The notes under the pieces are model-generated. The model was not told the origin of the DNA, made no database searches, and saw only the letters and a list, made by a program, of their open reading frames with translations. A stretch of 64,000 nt of DNA from Harriotta raleighana (taxonomy: Eukaryota), in contig JBNZDD010013726.1 in NCBI GenBank assembly GCA_050575255.1, forward strand, positions 7,030,236-7,094,235, given 5' to 3'. This document shows, in pieces, positions 1-11,122 of the stretch. A program made the translations under genes and the position numbers. Position 1 is the stretch's first letter. The number at the start of each line of letters is the position of its first letter.

Positions 1-180
1 TGTTTGTGGGACACTGCTGTGCGCAATTTGGCTGCCGCGTTTCGCCCACAAAGATAGTCAGTTTTTCCTACTTTTTTTCCCCCGACCCCACCCCCCCACT
101 TGACTGTACAGCTCCTTGGGACGTCCTCCTGACGTGAAAGGCGCTATATAAATATAATATAAATAAATAAATTAAATAAA
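1..180 (+). repeat. Deu-type SINE internal fragment followed by an L2-type 3' tail
   Basis: tgtttgtgggacactgctgtgcgcaatttggctgccgcg is shared with the other SINE copies; gggacgtcc...gtgaaaggcgctatataaat tail plus A/T repeat. Confidence 0.8.
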
Positions 181-971
181 ATGCATTGGATTCAGCTGCA
201 TTGTAATACACCAAATGATGTCAATGATCACTTCTGAACTATTAATGATTAAATCACTTCCATTAATCCTTCAGTGTGAAAATCAACACAATAGTTGCAC
301 AGAACAGGAAATAAATACATCACTTTATAATCTCCAGGATGATTATAGGAGATATAAAGGAATTATCTCAATATCAGGGTTCATTATTCTCCAACTTCCT
401 TCCCGTTATATAAACATACAGTACCTGTACCTCAATTTGAACTCATTTGTTGATTCCTGTGGTATCCTTAACTGCTCTTCATTATTCCCTACATAAATGT
501 AATGGATTTTTTTTTCAAACTTTATTTTCAAACACTAGAACTCTATTGGAAAAGTGTGAGAGTAAAAAAAATCACACCGCCTCCATTCTCACACTAAAAT
601 ATTGTACATCTTAAGAAAGAAAATGTTTCCAAATAGTTTACATTTCATTTAAAAATAACATACTTTAGTTTCACACTCCCTCATCTACAGTGCAACCATC
701 ACACACATTTGGTTGGTGATTAAACCATATTATAATGCAATGCTAAAAAGACCGATAACACTTATTTACTAAGTACGTATATCCTCTTCCAACTCTGATA
801 ACTGGTCAGTCATGCACATGCAAAGGATGAGTTATTATGTCTATGAGTCTTCTGCTGTGGTATCAAGAGGAGTTTGTAAAGTGTACATTCAAGCGCAAAA
901 GGAAATCTTAAACACGGGACTTTCACAGAACACATTCAACAGAAGGAACATTCAATCATTGGGACTTTTAC

Positions 972-1019
972 CTTCTTGGTTATTCACAGCAGGAGAGGGG
1001 GAAGCATTAAGGGCATCAG
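972..1019 (-). CDS. PLCE1: Probable 48-nt symmetric cassette exon in the PLCE1 X-Y linker (ADALNASPSPAVNNQE)
   Basis: TTCTAAC branch-like motif, ~45-nt polypyrimidine tract, tgtAG acceptor, AAG|GTAAAA donor; phase 1 to 1, stop-free in the required frame. Confidence 0.72.
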
Positions 1020-2547
1020 CTACAGGAATCGGAAGTAAGATAGAGAGGGAAGAAGAGCAAAGAAAAGTCAGATATCAGTTAGAACAGCGAGATACGAAAG
1101 ATTAAGTTTTAGTCAAACTGTAATAACTTCTTACCTTAAACTAAATAGGGAGAATTTTTCACAAATATTAAATTGGCTCACTCTGTTATAACATGTATAC
1201 ACAGCTCCTATTAGTTCAAGCTGTTGCTTTGTAGAAGCTATTACATGTTTCAGGTGTGACGTACAGAGAAGGCAAAGAAAAGAACATAAAGGGAGAGGGC
1301 AAATTACAAACTGTTGCATTCGACTCCTGTCAAACGTGATCACTCTGGAGCAGGAATGTTTTTTTTCTAGTAACTGGTCAATTGCGATTATTGGGGTACA
1401 AATGCAGGGCAGTGCAGGAAGTGATTTTACAGCCTATGATTTCTGATGCCTCCAGTAACTAAAGTCTATCCTACAGAAGTGTTGCTACACTGCCATTATT
1501 TCCATTTATAAAGCAAATTTGAGGTCACTTGAAGCTATTCTGACAGACTGGAGCATTTTTTTCATTTCCTGCTCATTTTCTCTAACTGTACAAACACCTA
1601 CACTCAGATGCGGATGGTATATTGCAAGCCAGTTGCATTTACTGGAGCACTCAGACATGTTGTCGTCTTCAGATCACTAGACCTTATGCTTGCTTAAGCT
1701 GTTGCTATGGGCATTATGGCATAAATTCGAGGACTGCTCAGTATGAGAAAGGGTGGTAACGTTTCCAAAATGAATGATTATTTCCGATGCTTTCAGCAAA
1801 TTACTTTCCAAAGAGGCTGTTAAAGGCAGTCTTGTCTCCACATAACGGAAGTTTAACGCATGCCACATAATATTCAATAGGTCGACTTAGTGAAACCGCG
1901 TGAATATTAACACTTCCACTTGCTGTATGCGGATCAGCAGCTTTCCTTCTCAGGGTAGCTTTCAGGTACGAAGGCAGACAGTTGTATAATTTCCACAACA
2001 TCAATCACATTGTTACTGACGGAGCTTTTCCAAACCTGGTGAAATATCCCTTTAAACCAATTGCAAGATGGTGGGCGCAGAGTATAATGGAAAGCAAAAG
2101 AACGTTTCTGGCATACACCAAAAATGAAGCAGAGAAAACCAGTGAAACCGATTCCACTTCTTTGAATAAACTGTGCATGCCCATGTACGCAAACATCCTG
2201 TTACATATAACCTTGTATAAAAGCAAAGTTTACTTGTAAACTGTAGGGAAATAAATACCAAAAATACACACTTTGGCAGGTAGGATTTTTGAAAGTCTTG
2301 GCTTTTTGGTGGTATAGTACACCAAAACTCAATCACAAAGTAAAAATTTGGGAATGTTTTGCACCTAATTCATACCATTATATAACTAGTAAAGTCAAGC
2401 TGAACAATTGCACAAATAATGGAGGCCACGTGTTAAAATTAGTGATCTTTTTGTTAATCTTCATACAGTAATAGGAATTCAAGATTGAGAGACTGTTATC
2501 GCACTGAAAATAAAGGGACCTGACAGTGACAGGACACATTACAGTAC

Positions 2548-2677
2548 CATCAGAAAGCGATTCGTAGTCATAATCGTATTCATCATCTTCATCTTCCTCC
2601 TCATCATTGTTGGAGGTCCCATTGCCACTCAGATTGCCATTACTGGCCTGAGCCTGGAGGTTAGCGAGCTGATGTGC
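2548..2677 (-). CDS. PLCE1: PLCE1 exon, acidic X-Y linker ([10 protein letters not shown]...[19 protein letters not shown])
   Basis: 130 nt, phase 0 to 1; AG/GT boundaries; matches the human linker. Confidence 0.96.
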
Positions 2678-3049
2678 CTACACAACACAGTGTATGGCTC
2701 AGTAAAGTAATATATTGACACAGGATTACAAGAAAATTCTCACTTTCAACTTTCAATTGTAGTATCCAAATGCAATTTGTCGTAGTTGTTATTGTCTGGT
2801 GTTTCAGATTAGCCATTTATTAATCATTTTACTAATCTCCCAGTAAATAAACTCTGACTTTCTGCTATCTACTCCAGATAAATTTCAATGGATATTATCC
2901 TGTCTCTGCTCTGATACCAGCTGCTGGTATTTCAAACCAGCTTCAGTAATTTTGAGCAATACCAAATACATGCTAACATTATGTGACTAGTAGAATATTT
3001 CTGATGTTTTCTACTTACACTTGAGAAAGCAACAGTTAAAATAACTTAC

Positions 3050-3208
3050 TTTCTGTTTGAGTATATCCACCGGAGTCTGGTGGGCTTTCAGTTTCTTGTT
3101 TTTGAGGAGGATTTTCCCTCGGAGTTGCCATACTGAGGGTAGCATTGGATTATCAGCAAAATCACTCTCAAACAGAAATTTAGTCACCAGCTTGTCTCCG
3201 AACACATT
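3050..3208 (-). CDS. PLCE1: PLCE1 exon, end of X box ([13 protein letters not shown]...[22 protein letters not shown])
   Basis: 159 nt; AG/GT boundaries; within ORF 3011..3205. Confidence 0.97.
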
Positions 3209-3324
3209 CTGTAAAGCACAAGCAGCCCGTTAAGAGTATGAATGAGTTACAGACTATGAAGCAAGTCAGAAATCCTCAGCAATCATCTGCTTGGATAGAT
3301 TGGAAGGAAAAATATATCCCTTAC

Positions 3325-3441
3325 CTTGACAATTTCTGCCATCTTCCTCTGCTGGGGCAAAGAGCAATGATTCTCGATCGATAAAATGATAGGCAGGTCG
3401 GAGTTTATAAAAGCACTGCGATTGATTGACTCTATTACATC
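3325..3441 (-). CDS. PLCE1: PLCE1 exon, X box ([11 protein letters not shown]...[19 protein letters not shown])
   Basis: SIENHC motif; 117 nt; AG/GT boundaries. Confidence 0.97.
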
Positions 3442-3546
3442 CTGTGGGGGAAATTGCAAAGTCTGAGTGTAATGTTGGCAATAATTATACCTGCATGTAG
3501 AACTTCATTTTATATTATGGAGTTCAGGGGGCTTTTATCCTGTTTA

Positions 3547-3720
<174 letters not shown>

Positions 3721-3909
3721 TCACAGTGTTAAAAGAGAGAAGACAGAGCGAAAGGAAAAACACACACACACACACCTTTCATAAAGGGTGAATATCTCAA
3801 GTGGTTAACAACCAGAACAAGGAGCAATAAGCAGGAAGAATTTAGAAGCATCCATACAAATAAAGAAAGACACAAATGTAGAAGAGAAACAACCGTAAAA
3901 ATCTAATAC

Positions 3910-4075
3910 CTGGCTATAAAGTTCCACTGAAGATTCTCCTTTAAGCTGATGGCCAGTGAGGTATGTGTTGTGAGAGGATTCAATATAGTAATATGAAAGG
4001 GGATATTGTAAATCTTCCACATTCACCTGGGATTCATCATTCTTTGAAGCAACATTCTCCTTGTCCATTAGAAAT
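3910..4075 (-). CDS. PLCE1: PLCE1 exon, start of PI-PLC X box (FLMDKEN...[27 protein letters not shown])
   Basis: SSHNTYL catalytic His motif; 166 nt, phase 2 to 0. Confidence 0.98.
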
Positions 4076-4456
4076 CTAAACAAAGTATTTCAATGAATAT
4101 AAATATATAATCCAGTATACTTCCATGCAAGGCTCTGTCTCTTGTAGATACAGCATTACTATTCTCTACTACCACTTGTGTGACAATCAGATGGATATTT
4201 AAGTCAGACAGTAGTATTTTGAGGGAAAGTAGATTCAAGCTATTTTTCTAGTTTGGCATAAAATGACACAAATGAGGGTTCTTTTCCCAATGTTTGTGCA
4301 CTGATTTTTGCCTGAATTCTTCTCATGGAATTTCCAACTATGGAACAAACATTCTAATGAGTAGTAGATTGTGCACCTATTTAAGTAAAGAAACATCAAA
4401 GATAGGTGACAAAATATATGACAAAAACATTCAGAAGCGTATCAGCAAAGAATTAC

Positions 4457-4518
4457 CTTGCAAAACCCTCAAATGACAGCAAACCCTGTTGACGCATGTT
4501 GACGGCAGGCTCAAATTT
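4457..4518 (-). CDS. PLCE1: PLCE1 small exon (KFEPAVNMRQQGLLSFEGFAR)
   Basis: Manual translation; AG/GT boundaries; 62 nt, phase 0 to 2. Confidence 0.94.
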
Positions 4519-4962
4519 CTGTGAAGGAATTGATAAAACATTTTTGATAAAACATTTTTCAATGAATACTGAATAATATTTAGCGTGGATCAGGATACGT
4601 TAATGCTAAGCACGTTTTGCCATAATTATATGTAAATATTATTACAGTAACTTCGTAGATGCCAAAAAATGTCAATCACAAGTCCTGGTATTGCAATGGA
4701 TCCTTTCTTTCCTTGAACACAGCATCTAAGCACTGTAGTGATAAGTCTTTTGGGGAAATGAGCAGACAGATTTTTTTTAACTCTATTTCCAGTGAATGCA
4801 AATTTATAGATTAAAACTGCTTTAAGATTCAGCAGTTAGCAGTAATTGGACAATCTCGACGAGTCACATCATCAGGATGAACAATGCATGGACTAGAAAT
4901 AATTCTCTTCGGGTCCAACAGCAGAAATTCTTCTGAAATCAGCCTATTCACATTGTCATAAC

Positions 4963-5240
4963 CAGGGCCACTCAGAGGGAAGGCCAGAAGGGCCATTTGG
5001 CCTGGGCCTCAAGCTCGAAGAGGGCCTCAAATTTAGACACTTGTTAATTTTTTGTTGACATTTTTACACATTTTTATTAGGTTCGTTTAAAAAAAACAAA
5101 ATTTTAATTAGAATTTCCTAATATTGCGGTTATTAAATATGGTGAGGCCGTGATTTGGAACTTAACCGCCATTTTTTTTTATGGCCAGGGACTTAAAGTT
5201 GGAAGTGGCCCAGGCCTCTCTGAACCTCTGAGAGAGCCTG
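4963..5240. mobile_element. Non-autonomous hAT-type DNA transposon (MITE), 278 bp
   Basis: Perfect 8-bp TSD GTCATAAC (4955-62, 5241-48); imperfect TIRs CAGGGCCACTCAGAGG / CAGGCTCTCTCAGAGG. Confidence 0.85.
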
Positions 5241-5359
5241 GTCATAACATGAAATGCATTCATTTCCAACCTGAATGCATACTGCGTTATCAGAGATGAG
5301 GCTCAAATGTAACTTTTAACATGAGAATGTCTGCCTCCACTCAACTGTCTCTGGCCTTC

Positions 5360-5615
5360 TGCATTTTTCCTGTGCCCTCCCTTCCACCATTGGTGGATGC
5401 GCTTTCAGCCACTATGCCCTGAAAGTGTGGAACCTTCTTCCTCTATCCCTCTGTCTTTCCCCTTTCTTCCCCATCTTCAGGTCATGTCTGAAGACCTTTC
5501 TATTGGACCATGCCTATGGTCACTTGCCCCTCCGCCCAGCTCGGAGTCGTGCTCCTCCACTTCAAGCACTCTTGAGTGAGGGGTGCTATATAAATGCAAG
5601 TTGTTGTAATTGTTG
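5360..5615 (+). mobile_element. Degenerate L2 LINE 3' fragment
   Basis: gctttcagccactatgccc...tggaac...ttcaggtcatgtctgaagacctttct and gtgctatataaatgcaagttgttg tail. Confidence 0.6.
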
Positions 5616-5650
5616 TAGCTAAACAATACTTTTACATTCACTGATTATAC

Positions 5651-5946
5651 AATAATAATCCTTACATTTGATATAGGGCTTTTCACATCTTCTAGATGTC
5701 TCAAAGCGCTTCACAGAACATAGTGTAAAGTGAATTGACTGCATATTTGTGGGCAGCCAATGACGCACAGCAGTGACCCACAAACAGTCGTGGATTGAAA
5801 TGACCAATTTATTATTGTTTTTTTTTCTTGAGGGATTATTATTAGGCGTGTGGAGTTAGGAAACTTACCCAGTGTTTCACCCTGCCTGGACTCAAACTCA
5901 GGTCACTCGTTTATAAGAATGCTCTAAACATTGAGTTACAGGACCC
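5651..5946 (-). mobile_element. tRNA-derived SINE (Deu-type body, L2-like tail), near full length
   Basis: Aligns by eye with the copies at 9311, 51911 and 55890; (ATT)n tail. Confidence 0.88.
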
Positions 5947-5997
5947 TCCCTATATACATCATACAGTACAACCGGGACATGAATTATTAATCCAAAC

Positions 5998-6230
5998 CTG
6001 TATAATACTGAGGATTTCATCATAAGTGTGATGTTCTCCTTGAGAGTTGACCAGGAAATCATTCAGTTGCTGAATTCCCATTCCGCACTCTCCCAGGGAT
6101 GCAATTTCCACCCGATTAGTCACGATGCTGGTTGCAGCGATGTAATCAGAAATCTGCCTCTGATTGTCTGACATTTGTTGGCGGCTCTTGATGAACAATC
6201 CCAGGTCAGACACATTTCTTGTTAAAAGAT
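5998..6230 (-). CDS. PLCE1: PLCE1 exon, EF-hand-like region ([15 protein letters not shown]...[10 protein letters not shown])
   Basis: Within ORF 5959..6246; AG/GT boundaries; 233 nt, phase 1 to 0. Confidence 0.96.
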
Positions 6231-7609
6231 CTATACAAAGAAGCACGAACGTTAGTCTTCATTCCCAACCACCATTCTGTCTTTTATTGCCCTCACAAAA
6301 AAAACACATTTATGGGTCTTTTAGTTACATTAGTGAGAGCCACTTCTTGTAATAAACGTTCTACCCTTCTTTCTTCAAAGCATCTAATAGTTTGGATTCA
6401 ATCTACTAGAATTGTTAACATTTTAACTGCTCCCAACAAGTGACTAAGATAACTATAAATAGGCATTGACTAGGTGATAAGAGCTTTGCACACCAGCACA
6501 GTTGCAGAACTCAAAATTAGAAACAGTTCAAGCTTCAAATCAACTACATTTATTAATTACTCAGCAAATGATCACACGAATCCAACATTCCCCTTGCTTT
6601 AGACTTCGTCTAGTTTTAGACAATATGAAAGATCTGTACCCAGGAACATTTTCGGAAAAGGATAAGTTGGAGCTGGAAACTTAATTCGTAGAAACAATCC
6701 TGTCTCTAGGAGCCTTATTAAAGAGACGGTCACACTGGCACCATGACACATCTCTGTCACTCTTGCGTAAGAAAACGTGCCTTGTGACTAGTGCAATGAT
6801 ATAGATTCCGTGACTGGAGCCCACAAGCCATTCATAACATAGAAAGAAAGATCAAGCTTTCAGCGAATGTATTATGGTCCTATTTAAAGAAACATGAAAC
6901 CTGAGCATTTTGAGTCCTTATCAGGCTCTCACATGAGCATGCTAACATTTCAGGTCAAAACCATCAGACCTGAAAATTAGTTTGAGAAAGGATGGAGCAC
7001 TCCTCCCTTCACATTACTATTACAGGCTTTATTGATTGCTCAGAGGTAAAGATTTTCAATTCAACTGAAATGTGTGCGAAACTCAAAATATCCCACCAAT
7101 TAAAAGCCTATAAGACATGCAAAACCAGAGGGGAAGCTTTTGCCTGCATCAAGAGCCTGAAGTTTCCTCCGAATTGTTATGTTGAGCGAAGCTCATCAGA
7201 TTAATACTTTCAAAATAATAAAACCAGTACCTTCAGCTCCCAACTTCATTAAAGCGTGAAATCATATAAATCAACAGCTCTGTAAACAGATGCTTGGTTT
7301 GAATCACATGACTCCCAAAAATGGCATTACAGTTGGGATGTCGTACTTCAAGTGAAGTGTCAGCAAACACTTTGGTTTGGTTTGGAGAGTTATAAAAAGC
7401 AGAGTAGGCAGAAGTTACTTTTGTCACAAAAACACTTTGTCACTGCGTGCTTGTCACATCATGCAGTGATGTGTTTGATGTGATTTGTATCATCACATCT
7501 GATGTCTGGCAAACTCCTTGGGTTAAGATGATGCGTCTTCAATATTGGAAAAATCAAACAGTTTACAAGTCTGAAAACGTTTCCAGTAACACTGCAAAAA
7601 AATACTGAC

Positions 7610-7746
7610 CTAGGTCGGGCTGTAGCCCGCTGATCTTGTCATCTATCATCAGGTTAGTATAAAGTGGGGTGGATTCTGAACCAGAGCGATTGCACATCAC
7701 AGAATAAACATCAAAAAGATCCTTTACGTCCTTCCGACTCCGTACA
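7610..7746 (-). CDS. PLCE1: PLCE1 exon ([14 protein letters not shown]...PLYTNL...LQPDL)
   Basis: AG/GT boundaries; 137 nt, phase 2 to 1. Confidence 0.95.
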
Positions 7747-7976
7747 CTAATCTCACAAAGAACAAATAGTCAACCTCCAAGCACTGCCCGCATGAATTAA
7801 CATTCCATTGAAATTAGAACTTTTAAAAAAAAAAATTGGTCGCAAACCAAACATGCTTTGCTTAACAAAGCCTCATTTATTGGCCTGTTCAGGATACATT
7901 TATAGGTATTATTTATTATATATCACGTGAATTATTTTCTAAAATAAAGCAAGTTCAATATTAGCAAAAACACTAC

Positions 7977-8099
7977 CTGAATGATTTAAAAAGTTCGACA
8001 AATTCAACAAAGCTCATGTTACTATCGGAGACCATGAAATCCTGGAATCCTTTCAGTCCTCCCTTCACTCGGCCATGCCAGCTATTACTCCCTCTTGTG
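7977..8099 (-). CDS. PLCE1: PLCE1 exon ([35 protein letters not shown])
   Basis: AG/GT boundaries; 123 nt, phase 2 to 2. Confidence 0.95.
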
Positions 8100-8289
8100 C
8101 TACAAGGAGATTAAGGACAGAATTAGATAACGAGTACAAAATAGCAAGAATATGTGCTAGCCGAGAATGCCATTGCAGGACGTTCGTGATAAAGTGCTTT
8201 GGCTATCTCTGAACTATTTAAAAGTTGGGTCTTTTCACATTAACCTTTCAATCTTTATTATTTAAATAGTGTTACTTCAGATCCTGTGA

Positions 8290-8790
8290 TGGCTCATTTG
8301 GCCATTCTGTAATATTGCCTCGGGTGAACCTGGGTTACGCAGATCAAGAACGTTCTGGATTAAAAGCCCAGTTTGTGATACAGGCTGGTCACGGCCAGCA
8401 CAGAAGTGAAATTGCTATAATTGAGCAGCTTCCTGGGTTGGGTATAAAACTAAACAAGCCAAGGTTCCTGCCCCTGTCATCAGAAGTGCCCTGGAGTATT
8501 ACGGACCCACCTGGCTCAGGAATTGGACCACTGAGACTCTACTATGGAGGGCTGGCTCCATTCCAGCATTCTCTTGCCAAATATGCCACCTTACAGTCAG
8601 ATCAGCTCCAAGGAGACCCCACTTTACCTCCCCACACAGAGTTAACATCAGAATCAGTTTCAACTGGATGCCCTCCATTGCTAACACCCACTATCTAGAC
8701 TCACATTAAAGAATGGTGACTTCTTCTACAAGACGCATGAAGGCAGCTGCTGCCAACTGAACTATAACCCAACATGAACCAGCACTTTCA
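8290..8790 (+). repeat. Old tRNA-type SINE-like repeat, probably interrupted
   Basis: Segments aagccaaggttcctgcccctg and ctagactcacattaaagaatgg resemble a common shark repeat (from memory). Related minus-strand remnants near 23150-23350 and 32090-32260. Confidence 0.4.
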
Positions 8791-8968
8791 AAAGAATTTT
8801 GTCACCTGGCTGATAATATGTGAAAAACCATTCCCATGCTTAACAGTATTCTCATCAGATTTGAGAGTTCCCCACAGGCATAACTTTAAGTGAGGATGGG
8901 AGGAAATTGGATGTGAAAAATACAGTGTCCTTCAATGAGTAACTTGACAATGATTATCTTTCTCTTAC

Positions 8969-9128
8969 CCAGGTTTTGCCTTGTTAATAGTTGACAGGAC
9001 TGGAGATGAGGAAGGCCTCACTGGAGTGGATGTTGGAGGGCCTAAGCTAGAGGAAGGTGGGGTAGTGAGGGAACGAACTCTAGCAGGAATGCTACAGGAA
9101 CCAGCTGAACTGACTGTGACGCTCTGAT
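8969..9128 (-). CDS. PLCE1: PLCE1 exon, Ser/Pro-rich segment (DQSVTVSS...RSLTT...PVRPSSSPVLSTINK)
   Basis: AG 9129-30, GG|GTAAGA donor; 160 nt, phase 1 to 2; resembles human HSLTT...SPIRPVSSPVLSSSNK. Confidence 0.9.
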
Positions 9129-9310
9129 CTGAAGAGAGATGTTAAAAAGGTAAAAGAGTCAAATGAGAATGAAATAAGGGCTGATTAATGTTATGTGTTT
9201 TGTGGCTTCTAAAAAAACAATTGATTCTTCCAAAGCTATGGATATACTTATGACTATCCTTGGTTGTGAGCTGGCTGTTTGCCTGTCCTGTTCCTGGTTA
9301 AATGCATAGA

Positions 9311-9643
9311 AATAATAATAATAATAATCCTTGCATTTGATGTAGCGCTTTTCACATCTTATCAACGTCCCAAAGCGCTTCGCAGAATATACTGTAAAGA
9401 GAATTAACTGTATATTTGTGGGCGGAACGCGGCAGCCAATTGCGCACAGCAGCGTCCCACAAACAGTCATAGATTGAAATGATCAATTTTATTATTGTAG
9501 TTTTTTGGAGGGATTATTATTAGGCGCGTGGAGTAAGGAAACTTGCCCAAGGTTTCGCCCTGATCTGCCTGGATTCAAACACAGGTCTCATGCCTGTAAG
9601 GCATGTAAGGCGAGTGCTCTAACCACTGAGCCACAGGAGCTCC
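9311..9643 (-). mobile_element. Young full-length tRNA-derived SINE
   Basis: A-box head GGAGCTCCTGTGGCTCAGTGGTTAGAGC, B-box-like GTTTGAATCC, Deu-like GCTGTGCGCAATTGGCTGCCGCG, tail AAAAGCGCTACATCAAATGCAAGG(ATT)n. Confidence 0.92.
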
Positions 9644-10044
9644 ACAAATAAGCGTCGACCTGCCTGCCAACTGTACCTGATGTCCCAGAGAACTGTAGGG
9701 AGACCTGAGATAGAGATGATGTCTGCTTTCACAGAAGTCAAATGTTAAGAAAACCATATTTAGTTTTCGATTTTGAAAGAATTTTGATTTCACGTGCTTT
9801 TTGTCATATGAGCAAGGTTAAGCCTGCTCACCACCATTTGCCAAATGGTTCCACTTAAGGAACAAGGGTTGTTGTTGTGCAGCAGAACAAATCAGTCTGA
9901 AATCCTCTCCAAAAAAGACAAGTACTTATTTTAATATCACTTTAAGATATAGGTCAGGCCAACCCCATCAATATAATCCAAGGCTAACAATGCACCTGGA
10001 ATATAGTAACTGATTATACTCTATAAAGTGGTACATTCGAAATA

Positions 10045-10571
10045 CAGTAAAAGGCTGTTTATCAGTGACTCGATCAACCGGAATTTCCGTCTATATAACC
10101 GGTATGTCAAAAAAAGTCCCCATCCAATTAACCGGATGTCATCCAGCACAACATGGTGGTGCATTTAATTAATTGATTGTCGCACGAGAGTACTAGTAGA
10201 GCCTAGAAGTCGTGCTGCCATTTTTATCCCTTGCGCGGCATCCACCATTGCAGAAGTTATCGATAGACTGTACACCTCGACCCCAGCATCAAGGCTTCAA
10301 ACGAGGTTTCTTTAAGTATAGATAATAAAGTACCAATACAATATTCTGTTATTACAGTATCTGTTATTAGTGTATTTAGTCTATTTATATAGCACAGTGT
10401 ACAACATTTACAATAAAGTACCCATACAATATTCTGTTATTATTTAGTCTATTATTAATATGGTATGTGTTAAAATACGTTTTTTTTTGTGTTGGGTTTT
10501 TGGCGTCGGATCCGACTGTTTAACCGGCATTGGCCAGGTCCTTCGGCTGCCGGATAAACGGGCTTTTACTG
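10045..10571. mobile_element. Tc1/mariner (Tigger-like) MITE
   Basis: TIRs CAGTAAAAGGCTGTTTATC / CAGTAAAAGCCCGTTTATC; TA on the left, CA on the right; internal ~30-bp direct duplication. Confidence 0.8.
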
Positions 10572-10700
10572 CAGTAACAATTCTAGAGTTTCTTTATCAA
10601 TGACAGTGTCTGAATCTCACTGATTAAACTCCAGAGCCATCCTATAATCAACCTGCATTCATTGGCGATCACTGTTCGAAGACAGCGGTTGAGTCACTAC

Positions 10701-10818
10701 CTGATTCCTCTTGCTCAACAAAGTCAGGAGGATCAGATTCGCTCCTGCTTCGAGGCTCCTTGCAGCTTCGTGTCTTGCGTGTGCAAATCTCATCGTCTGT
10801 GACATCCCCACTGTCTCC
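10701..10818 (-). CDS. PLCE1: PLCE1 exon (GDSGDVTDDEICTRK...EQEES)
   Basis: Manual translation; AG/GT boundaries; 118 nt, phase 0 to 1; resembles human GESGEVTDDEMATRK. Confidence 0.93.
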
Positions 10819-10939
10819 CTGTATAGAACAAGGTTTATGTTGTTTCAGTTATAGCTGATCTGACCTTGTTGCGTCGTGAGCCAACAGACACAGAACAGAT
10901 ATGCTACTTCAAAAAGAATAGGTTAAAGACTTCTCCTAC

Positions 10940-11122
10940 CCTGATTAATGATTTCTTTATCTTCTTGGCAGTGCTCATTCCCAGTGTGTTGGTGCGTTGC
11001 AGGTTCGATTTTTCAGTGTTTCTGTTCAAGGTCCCTGCGGTTGCGTTTCGTGTGATCCATCGCCTGCCTCCAAATAGTTCAATAACTTGAGCGAGTGTCG
11101 GCCCTTCAAACTTGCCTTCCTC
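10940..11122 (-). CDS. PLCE1: PLCE1 exon ([22 protein letters not shown]...KKSLIR)
   Basis: Manual translation; AG/GT boundaries; 183 nt, phase 0 to 0. Confidence 0.95.

Noticed and set aside
1640-2340. Dense short ORFs on both strands in the linker intron
   Set aside because: The acceptor-like AG at 2241-2 meets a stop at once in the PLCE1 frame, and no peptide is recognisable.
8315-8698. 127-aa plus-strand ORF
   Set aside because: Lies in a probable old repeat, starts at a non-ATG codon, and has no recognisable domain.
10650-10700. Possible extension of exon 10701-10818 to a later donor (CAG|GT near 10652)
   Set aside because: An in-frame TGA occurs about 10 codons past the first donor.
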